From: Thiobacillus sp.
Lineage (GTDB): Bacteria; Pseudomonadota; Gammaproteobacteria; Burkholderiales; Thiobacillaceae
Assembly (NCBI GenBank): GCA_041639395.1
Contig: JBEQCG010000005.1
Location: 4,854-68,853 of the forward strand
Direction of reading: 5' to 3'
Length of the DNA stretch: 64,000 bases
The position numbers and the translations under genes are program-made. The notes under the pieces are model-generated. The model was given only the letters and a program-made list of their open reading frames with translations. It did no database searches and was not told the origin of the DNA. Shown here in pieces: positions 9,843-19,016 of this stretch (the stretch's first letter is position 1; each line of letters starts with the position of its first letter).

Positions 9843-11258
9843 ATGTCCACTACCCGCCGCCAGTTTCTTCGTCACATGAGCACGGCTGCACTCGCTGCAC
9901 TGGCCGCCCACGCCCGCTGGGTGCAGGCAGGCAGCGCCGCCGGCCATGGTGTCGGCTACGGTGCCGTACGGCCGGTCACGGATCAGCGCGGGGTTGCCGT
10001 GCTGGCGTTGCCGGCAGGCTTTGCGCTTACGACCTTCAGCCGCATAGGTGAAACATTTGATGGCGGCGTGGTGGCAAAAAACCTCGACGGCATGGCAGCG
10101 TTTGCCCGCGCCGGCGGCGTGCGGCTGATTCGCAACCACGAGGTGCGCAACCTGCCCGGCGTGACTGCGGGCGGGGTGCCGGGCGCGGGTTACGACGCGC
10201 TGGCCGGCGGCGGATGCAGCGTGCTGGATCTCGACGCGTCGGGACAGTTGTTACGCCAGTTCGTGGGACTGGCCGGCACCCACGTCAACTGCGCGGGCGG
10301 CTACGCCTGGCGGCAGCGCGCGTGGCTTTCGTGCGAAGAAACGACCGACGGGCCCAAGCAGGGCTATGCACGCAAACACGGCTATGTGTTCGCCGTACCG
10401 GCCGATCTTGATGGCACGGTCACCCCAGAGCCGATCACCGCAATGGGCCGCTTCAAGCACGAAGCCGCCTGTGCCGACGCCGTCGGCGTGGTGTATCTCA
10501 CCGAAGATGCAGGGGGCGCACGCGGCAGCGGCTTCTATCGTTTTCTGCCACGCGACGCCACCAATCTGGCCCGGGGCGGGCGCTTGCAAATGCTGCGCGC
10601 GAGCGAAGCGTTTCTCGATGCGCGGCAGCGTCGCATCGTGGGGGTGGGCATGGTGTGCGACTGGGTCGAGATTGCCGACCCCGATCCGGATATGGAAGCC
10701 GCTCAGCCCGGTTGCTTCGAGCAGGGACGGGCTACCGGTGCCACCCAGTTCAACCGCCTCGAAGGGCTGTGGCTGGGTCACGACGGCAGGACGGTCTACT
10801 TCACCTCCACTTCCGGCGGCGACGCCAAAGGGCCGGACATCAACGCCGACGGTTTCGTGCAGGGCTACGGCCAGGTGTGGCGCTACACCCCGACCGGCGA
10901 GAATCGCGGCGTGCTGACCCTGCACTTTGAATCCCCCGGCGGCAGCGCACTCGATTCGCCGGACAACCTCTGCGTCACGCCGCAAGGCGGCCTCTTGCTG
11001 TGCGAGGACGACGCCAGCCCCAGGGATGGCGATCGCCACCCCCTGGCCGGCTTCGACAACGTGAACCGTCTGGTGGGGCTGGGTGCCAACGGCGCGCCCT
11101 TTGTTTTTGCCGTGAACCTGCTGAACGACAGCGAACTCGCCGGGGCCTGCTTCAGCCCCGACGGCCGCACGCTTTTCGTTAACGTGTACGGCGACGGCAC
11201 ACCCGACAGCGGCATGACCTGCGCAATCAGCGGGCCCTGGCAACGCGGGCCATTGTGA
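9843..11258 (+). CDS. phoX: PhoX-family alkaline phosphatase, Tat-exported
   Basis: TRRQFL twin-arginine signal; RNHE, LSCEE, GRFKHEA, RLEG, SPDN, GELAG-like motifs. Confidence 0.85.
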   Translation: MSTTRRQFLRHMSTAALAALAAHARWVQAGSAAGHGVGYGAVRPVTDQRGVAVLALPAGFALTTFSRIGETFDGGVVAKNLDGMAAFARAGGVRLIRNHEVRNLPGVTAGGVPGAGYDALAGGGCSVLDLDASGQLLRQFVGLAGTHVNCAGGYAWRQRAWLSCEETTDGPKQGYARKHGYVFAVPADLDGTVTPEPITAMGRFKHEAACADAVGVVYLTEDAGGARGSGFYRFLPRDATNLARGGRLQMLRASEAFLDARQRRIVGVGMVCDWVEIADPDPDMEAAQPGCFEQGRATGATQFNRLEGLWLGHDGRTVYFTSTSGGDAKGPDINADGFVQGYGQVWRYTPTGENRGVLTLHFESPGGSALDSPDNLCVTPQGGLLLCEDDASPRDGDRHPLAGFDNVNRLVGLGANGAPFVFAVNLLNDSELAGACFSPDGRTLFVNVYGDGTPDSGMTCAISGPWQRGPL

Positions 11259-11270
11259 GGGCCACAAAGC

Positions 11271-11296
11271 ACAAAGCCCGCTTGCGCGGGCTTTGT
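11271..11296. terminator. Bidirectional intrinsic terminator between phoX and the tRNA operon
   Basis: ACAAAGCCCG-N6-CGGGCTTTGT perfect 10-bp stem. Confidence 0.8.
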
Positions 11297-11309
11297 ATCG
11301 GTAATGTTT

Positions 11310-11386
11310 TGGGGTGGATGATGGGACTCGAACCCACGACAACAGGAATCACAATCCTGGACTCTACCAACTGAGCTACATCCACC
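11310..11386 (-). tRNA. tRNA-His(GTG)
   Basis: GGTGGATGTAGCTCAGTTGG...GATT-GTG-ATTC...GTTCGAGTC...CCCA with G-1 and encoded CCA. Confidence 0.97.
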
Positions 11387-11413
11387 ACGGACTGAATCAA
11401 CTACTGAAACTGA

Positions 11414-11490
11414 TGGCCTGCCCGACAGGAATCGAACCTGTAACCCCCAGCTTAGAAGGCTGGTGCTCTATCCAGTTGAGCTACGGGCAG
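11414..11490 (-). tRNA. tRNA-Arg(TCT)
   Basis: CTGCCCGTAGCTCAACTGG...CCAGC-CT-TCT-AA-GCTGG...GTTCGATTC...GCCA. Confidence 0.97.
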
Positions 11491-11533
11491 AGACTCTTTT
11501 CTTGCTCGGGCATTGCGTGCTGCATAGTCGGGG

Positions 11534-11610
<77 letters not shown>

Positions 11611-11746
11611 AAATCCGCGCGACCACAAGTTCAGCCGCGTTTCGGAGAGGCGAGACTATACCGTGGCGATGCGGACGGGTCAATTTTCGCTTGAGTCGGC
11701 AGGGGGGTTTCCGGGAAAATCGCGCTTTTGCTTCAGGGTGGTTTCA

Positions 11747-12601
11747 ATGAGCGCACGCATACTCGATGGCAAGACGATGGCCGACACCATCCTCGCTGTC
11801 ATCCACGACAAGGTCGCCGAGCGCGAGGTGCAGGGGAAGCGCCGCCCCGGGCTGGCGGTGATCCTGGTGGGCGACGATGCGGCGTCGGCGGTGTACGTCA
11901 GAAATAAAAAGCGTGCTTGCGAACGCGCGGGCGTCACCAGCGTGGCGCACGACCTGCCCGGTGCCACCACGCAGGATCAACTGCTGGCGCTGATCGATAC
12001 GCTCAACGCCGATGCCACCATCGACGGCATTCTGGTGCAGCTGCCGCTGCCCGCGCATATCGACGCCGAGACGGTGATCGAGCGCATCCGACCCGATAAA
12101 GATGTGGATGGATTTCATCCCTACAACATCGGCCGGCTGGCGGTGAAGATGCCCACCCTGCGGCCGTCCACGCCGCGCGGCATCATGACGTTGCTGCGCG
12201 CCACCAACGAGGAACTGCGCGGCAAGAATGCGGTGATGGTCGGCGCGTCCAACATCGTCGGCCGGCCGATGAGCCTGGAACTGCTGTTGGCCGGTTGCAC
12301 CATCACCGTGTGCCACAGCGCCACGCGCGATCTGGAAAGTTTTGTGCGGTCAGCCGAAATTCTGGTGGTGGGCGTGGGCCGCCCGCGCATGATTCCCGGC
12401 GACTGGATCCGCGAAGGCGCGATTGTCATTGATGTGGGCATCAACCGCCTCGACGACGGCAAGCTCTGCGGCGACGTGGATTACGACAGCGCTGCGCAAC
12501 GTGCCAGCTGGATCACCCCCGTGCCCGGCGGCGTGGGGCCCATGACCGTGGCGACGCTGTTGGAGAACACGCTCGAAGCAGCGTTAATGCACAATCCCTG
12601 A
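11747..12601 (+). CDS. folD: Methylenetetrahydrofolate dehydrogenase/cyclohydrolase
   Basis: [32 protein letters not shown]. Confidence 0.97.
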   Translation: MSARILDGKTMADTILAVIHDKVAEREVQGKRRPGLAVILVGDDAASAVYVRNKKRACERAGVTSVAHDLPGATTQDQLLALIDTLNADATIDGILVQLPLPAHIDAETVIERIRPDKDVDGFHPYNIGRLAVKMPTLRPSTPRGIMTLLRATNEELRGKNAVMVGASNIVGRPMSLELLLAGCTITVCHSATRDLESFVRSAEILVVGVGRPRMIPGDWIREGAIVIDVGINRLDDGKLCGDVDYDSAAQRASWITPVPGGVGPMTVATLLENTLEAALMHNP

Positions 12602-12625
12602 GCGTGCGGCAGGCGTGTGGGCGGT

Positions 12626-13384
12626 TCAGGCCGCGTGCAGTGCCCGCAAATAAGCCACATCCACGAACGACCGCCCCAGATCGACGCCGGCAAGCCGCTG
12701 GCAGGGTGCGTCGGGTTCACCCAGGTCAGACAACACCACGGCAGCCCCGCTGAAATCGTGGCCGAGCGTGTAGTCGTTCACCGTCACCAGCGTTTTCAGG
12801 CCCGCGCCGAGGCTGGCGCGGATGCCGTTTTCTGAATCCTCGAAAGCGAGACATTCGGCGGGCGAGATGCCCATTTTTTCCATCGCGTAAAAGTAGATAT
12901 CCGGCGCAGGTTTTTTGGCCGGGACGATGTCGCCGGCGGCGATCACCTCGAACCAGTCCTGTGTGCCCGGGCCGAGGCTGTGTTCCAGCAGCACGGTCAC
13001 GTTTTCCGGCGTGGTGGTGGTGGCGATGGCAAGCCGCAGGCCGGCCGCGCGCGCTTCTTCCAGCAGCCGCTTCACGCCGGGGCGCATGGGGATGCCGCCG
13101 CGCGCGGCCAGCGCGCTGTAATGCCGGGTCTTGGCTTTGTGCAGGTTCACCACCATCTCGTCGAAATCGGCAGACTTCACGTAATCCGGACGGAACTGGT
13201 CGACGTAGAACTTCATGCGTTCCTTGCCGCCGGTGACGGCGAGGAGCTTGCCGTAGAGTTCTGCATCCCAGTGCCAGTCGAGACCGGCGTCGGCAAAAGC
13301 CTGATTGAAGGCGGGGCGGTGGCCGTCGCGCTCGGTATCGGCGAGCGTGCCGTCCACGTCGAAGAGCAGGGCGTGTAGCGTCAT
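12626..13384 (-). CDS. cbbY: CbbY-like HAD sugar phosphatase
   Basis: FDVDGTLADTERDGHRPAFN, KKPAPDIY, FEDSENG. Confidence 0.85.
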   Translation of the reverse strand: MTLHALLFDVDGTLADTERDGHRPAFNQAFADAGLDWHWDAELYGKLLAVTGGKERMKFYVDQFRPDYVKSADFDEMVVNLHKAKTRHYSALAARGGIPMRPGVKRLLEEARAAGLRLAIATTTTPENVTVLLEHSLGPGTQDWFEVIAAGDIVPAKKPAPDIYFYAMEKMGISPAECLAFEDSENGIRASLGAGLKTLVTVNDYTLGHDFSGAAVVLSDLGEPDAPCQRLAGVDLGRSFVDVAYLRALHAA

Positions 13385-13573
13385 GGTGTGTTTGGAATGG
13401 TGGGACACGCGGCGGCTGGCGCGGGCTGCGTGCCGGGTCAAAAAAAGCCAGGCCGGGCATTTTCGCAAATTGCGCGGCGCGGTGAAAGCCGTGAATCGTG
13501 CCGGCACGGCACTTCTGGCAGAATGCACGAATCAATAAACCGACCGGTTAGACCGGCCCTGCGGAGAACGAAC

Positions 13574-14017
13574 ATGCCCGATACCTCAGAATTCGACCGC
13601 TACTACGACGGCCTGCTCTACAGCGTGATGCGCTGGGAACAGCTCACTGCTTTCTGGGACAAGGTCGATGCCGGTGCGGGCTGGTATTTGTACGCGGTCG
13701 GCCAGGGCGTACCCGAAGCCCCCGCCCCGGCCGACAAGGTGAGACAGTTCATGCGTGAACTCGACGAGCTGCTGCGCCGTGAGCACCACGAAGACTACTG
13801 CGCGATTGTCTATGCGGACAATCTGGACGCGCCCAATTTCATCAAGATCTACGACCCCAATCATCTGGGCAGTTCGTGTGGGTCGAGCGCCACGAAATCC
13901 TCCGTGTTGCCTGGCTGGCTGATGAGCCTGACGCCGCCGCGCGAACTGGAAACGCGCATCCCGGTGACGGGGCAGCGCAGGCGATGGTGGGAAACCCTGC
14001 TCGGCACCCCCGCATGA
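13574..14017 (+). CDS. Conserved hypothetical protein (147 aa)
   Basis: GGAG RBS, coding-like codon use; HHEDYCAIVYAD, KIYDPNHLGSSCG, RRRWW tail. Confidence 0.75.
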   Translation: MPDTSEFDRYYDGLLYSVMRWEQLTAFWDKVDAGAGWYLYAVGQGVPEAPAPADKVRQFMRELDELLRREHHEDYCAIVYADNLDAPNFIKIYDPNHLGSSCGSSATKSSVLPGWLMSLTPPRELETRIPVTGQRRRWWETLLGTPA

Positions 14018-14044
14018 ACATAACCGCGCCCCTGGGCGCGGTTT

Positions 14045-14920
14045 TCAATTCGGGCCTTGAGTCGTGGCGGCTTGCGCTCTTTCGGCTATTGCCAACTCTC
14101 TCAACCCTGCCAGCGCCTGCCCCAGCGTGGGGTTGTCGCTGTCGCGCGGAAACACCATCCACGCCGGCAAGGTGAAGGCGGGGCGGTCGGTGATGCGCCA
14201 GAGGCGGCCGGCTTCGAGGTGGTGGCGCACGAGCCGCAGCGGAAAGTAGCCGCTGCCGCCGTAGGCGAGCAGTTGCTGCACGCCCAGCCAGCCGATGTTG
14301 GCGACGAGTGCGGGCGGCGGCACCTCGGGGTGGTGTTCGCTGAACCGGGCGTGGAATTCGGGGCCCCAGTCGATGTGGATGTAGCCGGGGTCGGGCCAAC
14401 TTCGTGTGCGCTCGCTGGCGACCAGCACCAGGGTTTCGTCGAACAGGGCTTCGACGACGAGGCCGCTGCGCGAGGTGGGGGTGTACATCACGCCGATGTC
14501 CACGGTGCCTTCGATGAGGCCCTGCATGATGTCGGCCTCGAAGCCGATTTCCAGACGCAGCGAAGTTTCCGGCGCGGCGTCGCGCATCCACGCCACCCAG
14601 TGCGGCAGAAAACCTTCCCACAGCGCGATGCGGCCGGAGAGCGTGAGCACGCCGGAAAAGCCCAGCGGCAGGCCGACGTCGTGGCGCGCCTGTTCCACCG
14701 TGCGCACCAGCCGCTTGGCGTGCGCCAGGAAACGGCGGCCGGCGGGAGTGAGCTCGGCCCCGTTGCGGCCGCGTTGGAACAGGCGCGCGCCGAGCGTGGT
14801 TTCCAGGGTGTGGATGCGCGCGCTGACGGTGGACTGGGTGACGAACAGCCGGCTGGCGGCTGCGACGAAGTTGCCGGTGGCGGCGACGGCAAGAAAGGTG
14901 CGGGCGAGTTCGGTGTCCAT
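14045..14920 (-). CDS. LysR-family transcriptional regulator
   Basis: N-terminal HTH FVAAASRLFVTQSTVSARIHTLE; substrate-binding domain. Confidence 0.93.
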   Translation of the reverse strand: MDTELARTFLAVAATGNFVAAASRLFVTQSTVSARIHTLETTLGARLFQRGRNGAELTPAGRRFLAHAKRLVRTVEQARHDVGLPLGFSGVLTLSGRIALWEGFLPHWVAWMRDAAPETSLRLEIGFEADIMQGLIEGTVDIGVMYTPTSRSGLVVEALFDETLVLVASERTRSWPDPGYIHIDWGPEFHARFSEHHPEVPPPALVANIGWLGVQQLLAYGGSGYFPLRLVRHHLEAGRLWRITDRPAFTLPAWMVFPRDSDNPTLGQALAGLRELAIAERAQAATTQGPN

Positions 14921-14928
14921 GATGATGT

Positions 14929-14943
14929 ATCGGTAATGCCGAT
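14929..14943. promoter_or_regulatory. LysR-type T-N11-A box
   Basis: ATCGG-N5-CCGAT palindrome in the AT-rich divergent intergenic region. Confidence 0.6.
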
Positions 14944-15026
14944 AGCAAATACAAAAAATAATCGTTAGTCAAATACAAATGCGTTCCGTAGACTGGCCTT
15001 GTCGTCATTCAACACGGGAGCCCATC

Positions 15027-15359
15027 ATGAACATGGCATTGACCACCGCCTTGCCAGAGCGCGACGCCGAAGGCTATCTGATCGAGCCGGCCGACTGGAA
15101 CGAAACCATTGCCGAGGCGCTCGCCGCCGAGGAAAACATCACGCTCAACCACGACCACTGGGATGCGCTGCGCTTCATGCGCGAGTATTACGAAGAACAT
15201 CAGGTTGCCGCCGACGCGCGCTATGTCATCAAGCACCTGGGCCTGCGCTACGGGCGCGAGGCACAGAAGAAACTGTTCGAGCTGTTCCCCTATGGCTACG
15301 TGAAGCAGGCGTGCAAGCTGGCCGGCATGAAGCGGCCGCGCGCGTGGAGCACGGGCTGA
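15027..15359 (+). CDS. TusE/DsrC/DsvC family protein lacking the C-terminal Cys
   Basis: DAEGYL..P.DWNE, HWDALRFMREYY, LFELFPYG...ACKLAGM; ends RPRAWSTG. Confidence 0.88.
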   Translation: MNMALTTALPERDAEGYLIEPADWNETIAEALAAEENITLNHDHWDALRFMREYYEEHQVAADARYVIKHLGLRYGREAQKKLFELFPYGYVKQACKLAGMKRPRAWSTG

Positions 15360-15487
15360 GGCAGCGCGGGCCGGGCGCAGGCTTTGCCTGCTTACGGCAG
15401 GGTTTGTCGCAGAGTGGTAAGGGCGGCACGGGAGGAAGTCCGTCGTATTCCTCCGTCCCGCTGCTACCTTTGTGTTACCCGCGCGAC

Positions 15488-15515
15488 GCAGGTCGGTAAC
15501 ACGTTGCCGACCTAC
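15488..15515 (-). repeat. GTAG-type REP-like palindrome (family A)
   Basis: Reverse complement GTAGGTCGGCAA-CGTG-TTACCGACCTGC; related copies at 18818 and 63889. Confidence 0.7.
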
Positions 15516-15567
15516 GGGCTGGACGCAGAGAGAGCGGGCAGGTTTTATGCGCCGGCGGTATGCCTTC

Positions 15568-15598
15568 CTCCTGCCCTCTTGTCCTCCTTGTAAAAAAA
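15568..15598 (-). repeat. Purine-rich interspersed repeat (family B)
   Basis: Reverse complement contains TTTTTTACAAGGAGGACAAGAGGGCAGGAG; 28/30 to 58280-58309, 27/30 to 55323-55352. Confidence 0.7.
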
Positions 15599-15647
15599 TC
15601 AGGCAACGCCAGACTCCCCGCAGGTCAACTGCTTTCCGTCATCACGC

Positions 15648-16370
15648 ATGGTCAGAAAAATCGCTTATTCGGTGTCGTCGCGCGAGCAGTGGATTTCTGC
15701 GGCGGGCGGCATACTGGGCATCCTCGCGGTGCTCACGGTGTCGCATACGCTGATGCCGGGACACACGGCCTATTTCATCGTGGCGTCGATGGGCGCGTCG
15801 GCGGTGTTGCTGTTTGCCGCGCCGCACGGGGCGTTGTCGCAGCCGTGGCCGCTGGTCGGCGGGCATCTGGTGTCAGCAGCGGCGGGGGTGACGGTGGCGC
15901 AGTGGGTGAACGATCCCATGCTGGCATCGGCGCTGGCGGTCGGGCTGGCGATCGGGCTCATGTACGGGTTGCGCTGTCTGCATCCGCCGGGCGGGGCGAC
16001 GGCGCTGTTCGCGGTGCTGGGTGGCGACGCCATCCACGCGCTGGGCTACGGCTATCTCATCACGCCGGTGCTGCTGAATGCGCTGACGCTCTTGATCGTT
16101 GCGGTGTTGTTCAACTACCCCTTTGCGTGGCGGCGCTATCCGCAGGCCTGGCAGCGCGAAACGGCGGAAGTGGTCTGCGCCGTGGAGCCCGAAGCGCACC
16201 CGGAAAAATGCATGATTCCGCACAGCGCGCTGGTGTATGCGCTGTCGCAGCTCGATACCTTCGTCGACGTGAGCGAAGACGATCTGCAACGCATTTACGC
16301 ACTGGCATTGCACGCCGAGGCTCCCATGGCAGCCGCGGCCGGCGCGTCTACAATCCAAGCACCCTCCTGA
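15648..16370 (+). CDS. HPP-family membrane protein
   Basis: SMGASAVLLFAAP...SQPW, CLHPPGGATAL. Confidence 0.9.
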   Translation: MVRKIAYSVSSREQWISAAGGILGILAVLTVSHTLMPGHTAYFIVASMGASAVLLFAAPHGALSQPWPLVGGHLVSAAAGVTVAQWVNDPMLASALAVGLAIGLMYGLRCLHPPGGATALFAVLGGDAIHALGYGYLITPVLLNALTLLIVAVLFNYPFAWRRYPQAWQRETAEVVCAVEPEAHPEKCMIPHSALVYALSQLDTFVDVSEDDLQRIYALALHAEAPMAAAAGASTIQAPS

Positions 16371-16398
16371 ATCCGGCGCGGCGCGTCCGCGTACTGCC

Positions 16399-18747
16399 AT
16401 GCACGAAGCCACCAGCGGACACGCCTTCGGCGCGCCCGGCATCGCCCCCACCTGGACCTCCAGCGACAAGGATCTGGTCGGCACCGCGCTAGGCTCCGCG
16501 CGGCTGTGGTTCACGCTCGGCCACGGCATCGTCAACGAGGTGTACACCCCGCGCATCGACATTCCACAGGTGCGCGATCTGGGTTTCATCGTCGCCGACG
16601 GCGCGGGCTTCTGGATGGAGGTGAAACGACTGGGCGACTTCGACTGCACGCTGCCCGCACCCGGGGTGCCGTTGCCCGTCATCACGCATCGCCACCCGCG
16701 CTTCACGCTGACTGTGCGCGTCTGCCCCGACACCGCGCGCGACGTGCTGCTCATCGACGTGGCGTTGGCAGGCGACCCCGGGCTAGCCGTCTATGCGCTG
16801 CTGGCCCCGCATCTGGGCGGCACCGGGCAGGGCAACCGCGCGTGGGCCACGCGCTATCGCGGCACGCGCGTGCTGTGGGCGGAGCAGGGGCCGTTCGGGC
16901 TCGCGCTTGTCGCCCGTACGCCGGCAGGCGAGGACGGTTTTGCCAACGGCTCGGTGGGCTATGTTGGCGCGTCCGACGGCTGGCAGGATTTTCAGGCGCA
17001 CGGGCGCATGGCCTGGCAGTTCGATGCGGCCGGGCCGGGCAACGTGGCGCTGATGGGTCGGCTGGGGTCGCGCGCCACGCTGGCGCTGGGCTTTGCCAGC
17101 AGCAAGCAGGCCGCCGCCACGCTTGCGCGCGCCGCGCTGGCGCAGCCCTTCGACGCGCATCGCGCGGCACAACTGGCCGCCTGGCAGGGCTGGCACGCGC
17201 GCTGCGGGGCCACCGCGCCGCCGCCCGATCTGCCGGACGCGCTGCGCACCCTCTGGGTCGCGTCCGCGCAAGTGCTGAAAACCCACGCCGACAAGACCCA
17301 CCTGGGGGCCATGGTCGCCAGCCTGTCGATTCCCTGGGGCAATCGCGGCGAGGAACGCGGGGGATATCACTTGGTGTGGCCGCGCGATCTGGTCGAATCG
17401 GCCCAGGCGCTGATTGTGCTGGGCGGTCTGGACGAAGCGCGCCAGGTACTCGCGTACCTGCTCGCCACGCAGAACGACGACGGCCACTGGCACCAGAACC
17501 AGTGGCTCGGCGGCAAGCCGTACTGGGCCGGCGTACAGCTCGACGAAACCGCATTCCCCGTGCTGCTCGCCGCGCAGCTCGCCGAGCGCAACCAGCTCGC
17601 CGGCATCAACGTTGCCGACGGCGTGCGCCGCGCACTCGGTTTCCTCATCGCGCACGGCCCCGCCAGTCCGCAGGACCGCTGGGAAGAAGACGCCGGCGTC
17701 AACGCCTTCACGCTGGGCGCGTGCATCGCCGCGCTGGTCGGCGGCGCAGCCTGCCTGCCGCAAGACGAACGCGCGCTTGCGCTCGCCGTGGCCGACGACT
17801 GGAACGCGCGGCTCGAAGACTGGTGCGTGGCGCGCGACACGCCGCTGGGACGCGCACACGGCATCGCCGCCTACTACGCGCGCATCGCGCCGGCCGAGAT
17901 CGTCTGCGACGACCGCGCGATGCAGCGTCGCATCGCGGTGAAAAACCATGCCGACGGGCTGGCCCCTGAAGCCGATGAACAGGTCGCGCTGGATTTCCTG
18001 CAACTGGTGCGCCTGGGCCTGCGCCGTGCCGACGACGCGATCGTCGCCGACAGCGTGCGGCTCGCCGATGCGCTACTCAAGACCGACACCCCCGCCGGCC
18101 CGGTGTGGCACCGCTACACCGGCGACGGCTATGGCGAACACGACGACGGTACGCCGTTTGACGGCACCGGGCGCGGGCGCGGCTGGCCGCTCCTCACCGG
18201 CGAACGCGGCCATTACGCGCTCGCCGCCGGCGACGACCCGCTGCCGTATTTGCAAGCCATGGCCGCCATGGCCCCGCGCGGCCTGCTACCCGAACAGGTG
18301 TGGGACGCCGAGCCGGCCGGGCGGATGCAGCCCGGCCGCCCCACCGGCGGGGCCATGCCGCTGGTGTGGGCGCACGCCGAATTCATCAAGCTCGCCGCCG
18401 CGCGCGCCGCCGGCCGGCCACTGGAACGGCTGGACGCGGTGTGGGCACGCTATCGCGGCGAGCGCCTGCTGACGACCGCCCGCGTGTGGACGACCGCCGC
18501 GCCTTTCCTGCATCTGCCACGCGGTCTGGATGTGCTGCTGGCCCTACCGCATCCCGCCCGCCTGCACCTTGGCTGGAACGGCTGGGAAAACGCACGGGAC
18601 ATCGAATGCGAACCGCTCGGCCTGGGCCACTACGGCGTGCGGCTCGCCGCCGCCACGCTGGCCGCGCAGCAGAGCGTCGAATTCACCTGGCAGGACACGC
18701 GCGACGGCCGCTGGCACGACGCGCGTTACGCCATCACGCTGGGGTGA
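16399..18747 (+). CDS. Glucoamylase/glucodextranase, GH15
   Basis: WTSSDK N-terminus, YHLVWPRDL, DRWEE, LLPEQVWD, PLVWAHAEF. Confidence 0.9.
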   Translation: MHEATSGHAFGAPGIAPTWTSSDKDLVGTALGSARLWFTLGHGIVNEVYTPRIDIPQVRDLGFIVADGAGFWMEVKRLGDFDCTLPAPGVPLPVITHRHPRFTLTVRVCPDTARDVLLIDVALAGDPGLAVYALLAPHLGGTGQGNRAWATRYRGTRVLWAEQGPFGLALVARTPAGEDGFANGSVGYVGASDGWQDFQAHGRMAWQFDAAGPGNVALMGRLGSRATLALGFASSKQAAATLARAALAQPFDAHRAAQLAAWQGWHARCGATAPPPDLPDALRTLWVASAQVLKTHADKTHLGAMVASLSIPWGNRGEERGGYHLVWPRDLVESAQALIVLGGLDEARQVLAYLLATQNDDGHWHQNQWLGGKPYWAGVQLDETAFPVLLAAQLAERNQLAGINVADGVRRALGFLIAHGPASPQDRWEEDAGVNAFTLGACIAALVGGAACLPQDERALALAVADDWNARLEDWCVARDTPLGRAHGIAAYYARIAPAEIVCDDRAMQRRIAVKNHADGLAPEADEQVALDFLQLVRLGLRRADDAIVADSVRLADALLKTDTPAGPVWHRYTGDGYGEHDDGTPFDGTGRGRGWPLLTGERGHYALAAGDDPLPYLQAMAAMAPRGLLPEQVWDAEPAGRMQPGRPTGGAMPLVWAHAEFIKLAAARAAGRPLERLDAVWARYRGERLLTTARVWTTAAPFLHLPRGLDVLLALPHPARLHLGWNGWENARDIECEPLGLGHYGVRLAAATLAAQQSVEFTWQDTRDGRWHDARYAITLG

Positions 18748-18817
18748 GTTACGGGGTAAAGAGACTATGGCCCGAGCGGCGATTGGGCTTGCCAGCCATG
18801 ACGTCAGCAACGATGGC

Positions 18818-18845
18818 GTAGGTCGGCAATACCTTGCCGACCTGC
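18818..18845 (+). repeat. GTAG-type REP-like palindrome (family A)
   Basis: GTAGGTCGGCAA-TACC-TTGCCGACCTGC. Confidence 0.72.
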
Positions 18846-18899
18846 GCGCATCATCAGGTGGATACTGGGGAGGGGGCGTGCAGAGAGGACAAGCATTCG

Positions 18900-18964
18900 A
18901 CAGGGAGGGAAGAGAGGTACGGGAGGAGACGGGGGTTACTCCCGTACCTCACTTGCCTCCCTGT
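18900..18964. repeat. Long hairpin related to family B
   Basis: 26-bp arms 18900-18925 and 18939-18964, 24/26 complementary, 13-nt loop. Confidence 0.75.
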
Positions 18965-19016
18965 AAATACCCCCCTCGTGTTCGTTTGTACGCATGTAAA
19001 AACCGGGCTGGCGGCC

